Part shown: positions 60,701 to 64,000 of the stretch, piece by piece
Numbering within the stretch: the stretch's first letter is position 1
Layout: every line of letters starts with the position of its first letter
IMG/VR virus record: IMGVR_UViG_3300024298_000009
Reading direction: 5' to 3' (one strand)
Source: an uncultured virus (IMG/VR IMGVR_UViG_3300024298_000009)
Taxonomy: Duplodnaviria; Heunggongvirae; Uroviricota; Caudoviricetes
Length of the DNA: 64,000 nucleotides
The notes under the pieces: model-generated
What the model was told of the DNA's origin: nothing
Seen by the model: only the letters and a program-made list of their open reading frames with translations
Databases searched by the model: none
Position numbers and translations under genes: made by a program

Positions 60701-60987
60701 GACAATTTGCCAAAGGTGGCAGCGTAACTCCATCGACCTCAACAGCTCAAACTAGTGTATCACAACAACCAGCAGCGCCAGCACCAGCGGCAGCAACTGC
60801 TCAACCAAGAACTGGTGCAACAACACCTACACCCGCTAAGGCAACTCAAGAAACAGCTGAATCGCAGTTATCGCTATTAAATACTAAGATGGATCTATTA
60901 GTTATGATAAATCGAAAATTATTAGAAGTTAACGACAAGCAGCTTACTACACAAAAGTCTATGACGGGCAATGTATATTCTGCTTAA
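57754..60987 (+). CDS. tape measure protein with a C-terminal GH19 (chitinase/lysozyme-like) domain
   Basis: Long Ala-rich helical body with a hydrophobic stretch; IMKETGG and [25 protein letters not shown], NPDLV (GH19 phage-lysin signature). Confidence 0.8.
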   Translation: [1077 protein letters not shown]

Positions 60988-61001
60988 GGATCATTAATTA
61001 A

Positions 61002-62699
61002 ATGAGTTGGAAAAAATATTTTACTCCTGTCAACATCGATAACCAACAAGGAACAATGAGTCCTATTGGCAGTAGAGGGCGACCAGGACCTGCAAGAACT
61101 AATTATTCATCATTCTTGCCTGACGTATATGCAGGTAATCCAAATCGTGTCGAACGATATATGCAATATGACACTATGGATATGGACAGCGAAGTTAACG
61201 CAGCTCTAGATATCTTAGCTGAATTTTGTACACAAAAAGATAGAGAAAATGGAACAGCGTTTCAACTATCATTTAAAGGCAAACCAACCGGAACCGAAGT
61301 TAAGTTAATTAAAGAAAGCCTACAGAAGTGGGCAAAACAAAATCAATTTGACACAAGAATTTTTCGTATAGTTCGAAATTCTTTCAAATACGGAGATTGT
61401 TTCTTTGTTAGAGATCCAGAAACTAAAAAATGGTTGTATGTTGATCCTGCTAAGGTTACAAAAATTATCGTTAACGAAAGCGAAGGAAAAATTCCCGAGC
61501 AATATGTTTTAAAAGATATTAATTTTAACTTTGCAAATCTAATTGCAACAACTCCTCATGCTACATCAAATACACAACCTAGTGGTACTGGTAGTTATAC
61601 CGTATCGGGCGGTGGATTTGGTAGAGGATTTGTTGGGGATGCAGCAAGACCTCCTGGCACTAGATTTCACAATCAAGTAAACGAAATAACGGTTGATGCA
61701 AAAAATGTTGTGCATATTAGTTTAAGCGAAGGATTAGACAACAATTATCCTTTTGGCAATTCAATTTTAGAATCTGTATTCAAAGTCTACAAGCAAAAAG
61801 AATTGCTTGAAGATGCTATTATTATCTATCGTATACAACGTGCTCCAGAAAGACGTATTTTCTATGTAGACGTTGGAAATATGCCAGCACACATGGCTAT
61901 GAGCTTTGTTGAACGTGTTAAAAACGAAATCCAACAAAGACGTATTCCTAGCGCCAGCGGTGGTGGCAATAATTTAGTTGACGCTAGTTATAATCCACTA
62001 AGTGTAAACGAAGATTACTTCTTCCCACAAACTGCTGAAGGTCGTGGTTCTAAAGTTGAAACACTACCGGGTGGTACTAATCTAGGTGAAATTACAGATT
62101 TACGATTCTTTACAAACAAACTTTTCCGTGCTTTAAGAATACCAGCAGCATACTTGCCAACAGGTATTGAAGAAGCAAGTAATACTATTGCCGACGGAAA
62201 AGTTGGAACGGCATATATTCAAGAATTACGATTTAATGAATATTGCAAACGTTTACAATCAATGATAGCGCAAACATTTGATGTTGAATTTAAACTTTGG
62301 ATGGCTGCGCAGGGCGTAAACATTGACAATAGTTTATTTGAATTAAAATTTAATACTCCACAAAACTTTGCTGCTTATCGTCAATCAGAACTTGACACAG
62401 CAAGAGCAGCAACATATTCACAAGTTTCACAAATTCCTCATCTAAGCAAACGTTTTGCACTAAAACGCTTCTTAGGATTAACTGAAGAAGAAATTAAAGA
62501 AAATGAATCATTATGGCGCGAAGAAAATGGTTCTAACCTAACACCTACGGATGATGCTGCTGGAGACTTAAGATCGGCTGGCGTAACACCGGGAGGTATG
62601 GCGGCAGAAGCGGGTGGACAAGACGCAGAAGCACCCGACGATTTAGCAGCACAAGCAGCTGAACCAGGGGCTGAACCTGAAGCTGCTCCAGCAGCCTAA
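61002..62699 (+). CDS. gp20: portal protein, T4 gp20-like
   Basis: LLEDAIIIYRIQRAPERRIFYVDVGNMP, EDYFFP...GRGSKVETLPGG.NLGEI.D..FF..KL.RAL.IP. Confidence 0.95.
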   Translation: MSWKKYFTPVNIDNQQGTMSPIGSRGRPGPARTNYSSFLPDVYAGNPNRVERYMQYDTMDMDSEVNAALDILAEFCTQKDRENGTAFQLSFKGKPTGTEVKLIKESLQKWAKQNQFDTRIFRIVRNSFKYGDCFFVRDPETKKWLYVDPAKVTKIIVNESEGKIPEQYVLKDINFNFANLIATTPHATSNTQPSGTGSYTVSGGGFGRGFVGDAARPPGTRFHNQVNEITVDAKNVVHISLSEGLDNNYPFGNSILESVFKVYKQKELLEDAIIIYRIQRAPERRIFYVDVGNMPAHMAMSFVERVKNEIQQRRIPSASGGGNNLVDASYNPLSVNEDYFFPQTAEGRGSKVETLPGGTNLGEITDLRFFTNKLFRALRIPAAYLPTGIEEASNTIADGKVGTAYIQELRFNEYCKRLQSMIAQTFDVEFKLWMAAQGVNIDNSLFELKFNTPQNFAAYRQSELDTARAATYSQVSQIPHLSKRFALKRFLGLTEEEIKENESLWREENGSNLTPTDDAAGDLRSAGVTPGGMAAEAGGQDAEAPDDLAAQAAEPGAEPEAAPAA

Positions 62700-62705
62700 C
62701 TTAGG

Positions 62706-62711
62706 TAAATA
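62706..62711 (+). promoter_or_regulatory. late promoter core TAAATA, 5 nt before ATG 62717
   Basis: gTAAATA-ttatt-ATG. Confidence 0.55.
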
Positions 62712-62716
62712 TTATT

Positions 62717-62965
62717 ATGCTTCTACGTGAATTTTTCTATTTTAACGACAATACAAACGACTTTGGAAACGATCAAAGATATGACGCTTCCAGAGATAGT
62801 TCTGTCTTAAAAAAATCAGATACTCGTAAAATTCGATTAACTTTACGACAAATCAACCAACTGCGCCAACAAAGCGAAGCTCATGAAATGGAAGAACAAT
62901 CAGAGCGTTCGTTTATACAACAGATGTACGGTACTCCAGTTGAAGCACAGCAACCCGCGGAATGA
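62717..62965 (+). CDS. hypothetical protein in the head module
   Basis: 82-aa ORF after the portal; DTRK.RLTL.QIN.LR motif. Confidence 0.8.
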   Translation: MLLREFFYFNDNTNDFGNDQRYDASRDSSVLKKSDTRKIRLTLRQINQLRQQSEAHEMEEQSERSFIQQMYGTPVEAQQPAE

Positions 62966-63581
62966 ACCAGCTTTCGTACTTGGTAATGGGCGTAGCAGAC
63001 TAAGATTAAATCATGCTGCCCTGCCAGAATACGGCACTACATTTGGTTGTAACGCACTTTACAGAGAATTTGAACCCGATTTTTTAATTGCAGTTGACGT
63101 AAAAATGGTCAACGAAATTATAGCCAGCGGGTATCACAGAACACATTCTGTATGGACAAATCCAAACAAAGGAGTTAATACTAAGTCCGGAGTTAACTTT
63201 TTCCATCCGCATAGGGGATGGAGTAGCGGTCCAACAGCTCTTTATTTTGCTTGCGATTGCGGCCACAAAGACATATATATTTTTGGATTTGATTATGAAG
63301 GCATAGAAGGTAAATTTAACAATGTTTATGCCGATACATATAACTATAAAAAGAGTTTTGAACCGCCCACTTACCACGGTAATTGGCTAAGTCAAACAGA
63401 AAAAACGATTAGAGATTGGAGAGGTAATCAGTTTTACAGAGTAGTAGAATCGGGATCATTTATTCCAGAAAAACTTGGCCCTACATTACCAAATTTAAAA
63501 CATATAAGTTTTGAAGAATTTGAAAAAAAGTTCCCCGGAACTATATATTCTGACCAAACGAATCAAAAAAACGTCATTTAA
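62940..63581 (+). CDS. Rossmann-like protein resembling sialyltransferase/Maf (DUF115)-type folds; start uncertain (TTG 62940 preferred over ATG 62883)
   Basis: AFVLGNGRSR, FGCNALYR, PDFLIAVD, WSSGPTAL, IYIFGFD. Confidence 0.6.
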   Translation: MKHSNPRNEPAFVLGNGRSRLRLNHAALPEYGTTFGCNALYREFEPDFLIAVDVKMVNEIIASGYHRTHSVWTNPNKGVNTKSGVNFFHPHRGWSSGPTALYFACDCGHKDIYIFGFDYEGIEGKFNNVYADTYNYKKSFEPPTYHGNWLSQTEKTIRDWRGNQFYRVVESGSFIPEKLGPTLPNLKHISFEEFEKKFPGTIYSDQTNQKNVI

Positions 63582-63603
63582 CCCCTTTTTTTAATCTACG
63601 CAG

Positions 63604-63609
63604 TAAATA
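63604..63609 (+). promoter_or_regulatory. late promoter core TAAATA
   Basis: gTAAATA ahead of ORF 63648. Confidence 0.55.
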
Positions 63610-63647
63610 AAAACACAGCCTAACCATACCTTGAAGGAGAATTTAAC

Positions 63648-64000
63648 ATGGCAGATAAGAATTTATTAAGCCAAATGCTAGAGCATTTGGTTAACGACGA
63701 TCAAGCAAAAGCTGATGAGCTTTTCCACGAATACGTAGTACAAGCATCACGCGAAATCTACGAAAATTTAATTGAATCTGAAATCGCAGAAGAAGAAGAT
63801 AAAGAAGACGAAGACATGGACGAAGCTGCACAAGATGATGATGCAGAAGAAGACAAAGTTGACGAAGCTTCCGAAGAAGATAGCGACGAAGATGATCTAG
63901 ATGAAAACTTCGAAGATGTTGCTTTTGAAGGTGGCGACGAGCCTGAAATGGGCGGTGATCCAACAGACGACCTAGAAGGTGACCTAGAAATGGGTGACGA
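63648..64000 (+). CDS. acidic prohead core/scaffold-like protein (partial; runs off the window)
   Basis: GAAGGAG Shine-Dalgarno then MADKNLLSQMLEHLVNDDQAKADELFHEYVVQASREIYENLIESE, followed by a D/E-rich tract; open to the window end. Confidence 0.75.
   Translation, partial: MADKNLLSQMLEHLVNDDQAKADELFHEYVVQASREIYENLIESEIAEEEDKEDEDMDEAAQDDDAEEDKVDEASEEDSDEDDLDENFEDVAFEGGDEPEMGGDPTDDLEGDLEMGD

Noticed and set aside
1..64000. Stop-codon reassignment as seen in some large phages
   Set aside because: Genes are full length and tightly packed in the standard code, and TAA, TGA and TAG all end genes.

Overview
64-kb segment of a large, AT-rich, T4-like myovirus genome (standard genetic code; host cannot be identified from this window). 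Layout: (1) 1-2567, small + strand hypothetical genes. (2) 2551-48519, one ~46-kb minus-strand late block. In transcription order it encodes tube/baseplate proteins (gp48/54-like, gp53, hub, gp5-like spike, gp25, gp6), a 4561-aa giant structural protein, four paralogous tail-fibre proteins and two paralogous virion proteins. The block ends in an enzyme island of four glycosyltransferase-like, four radical SAM and one SGNH-like gene. (3) 48594-53472, gp55-like late sigma factor, gp47/gp46, a 2OG-Fe(II) oxygenase and a stand-alone GIY-YIG nuclease. (4) 53473-53950, a ~480-nt non-coding stretch packed with helices, a pseudoknot and a repeat-hairpin unit. (5) Two low-complexity candidate internal head proteins, a gp26-like gene with a likely programmed -1 frameshift, a tape measure protein ending in a GH19 domain, the gp20 portal and the start of an acidic prohead protein. 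Best novelty candidates: the GIY-YIG/structured-RNA pair, the frameshifted gp26-like chaperone, the radical-SAM/glycosyltransferase island, and hairpins overlapping late promoters that hide ribosome-binding sites. All family calls come from motif recognition by eye; no database search was run.
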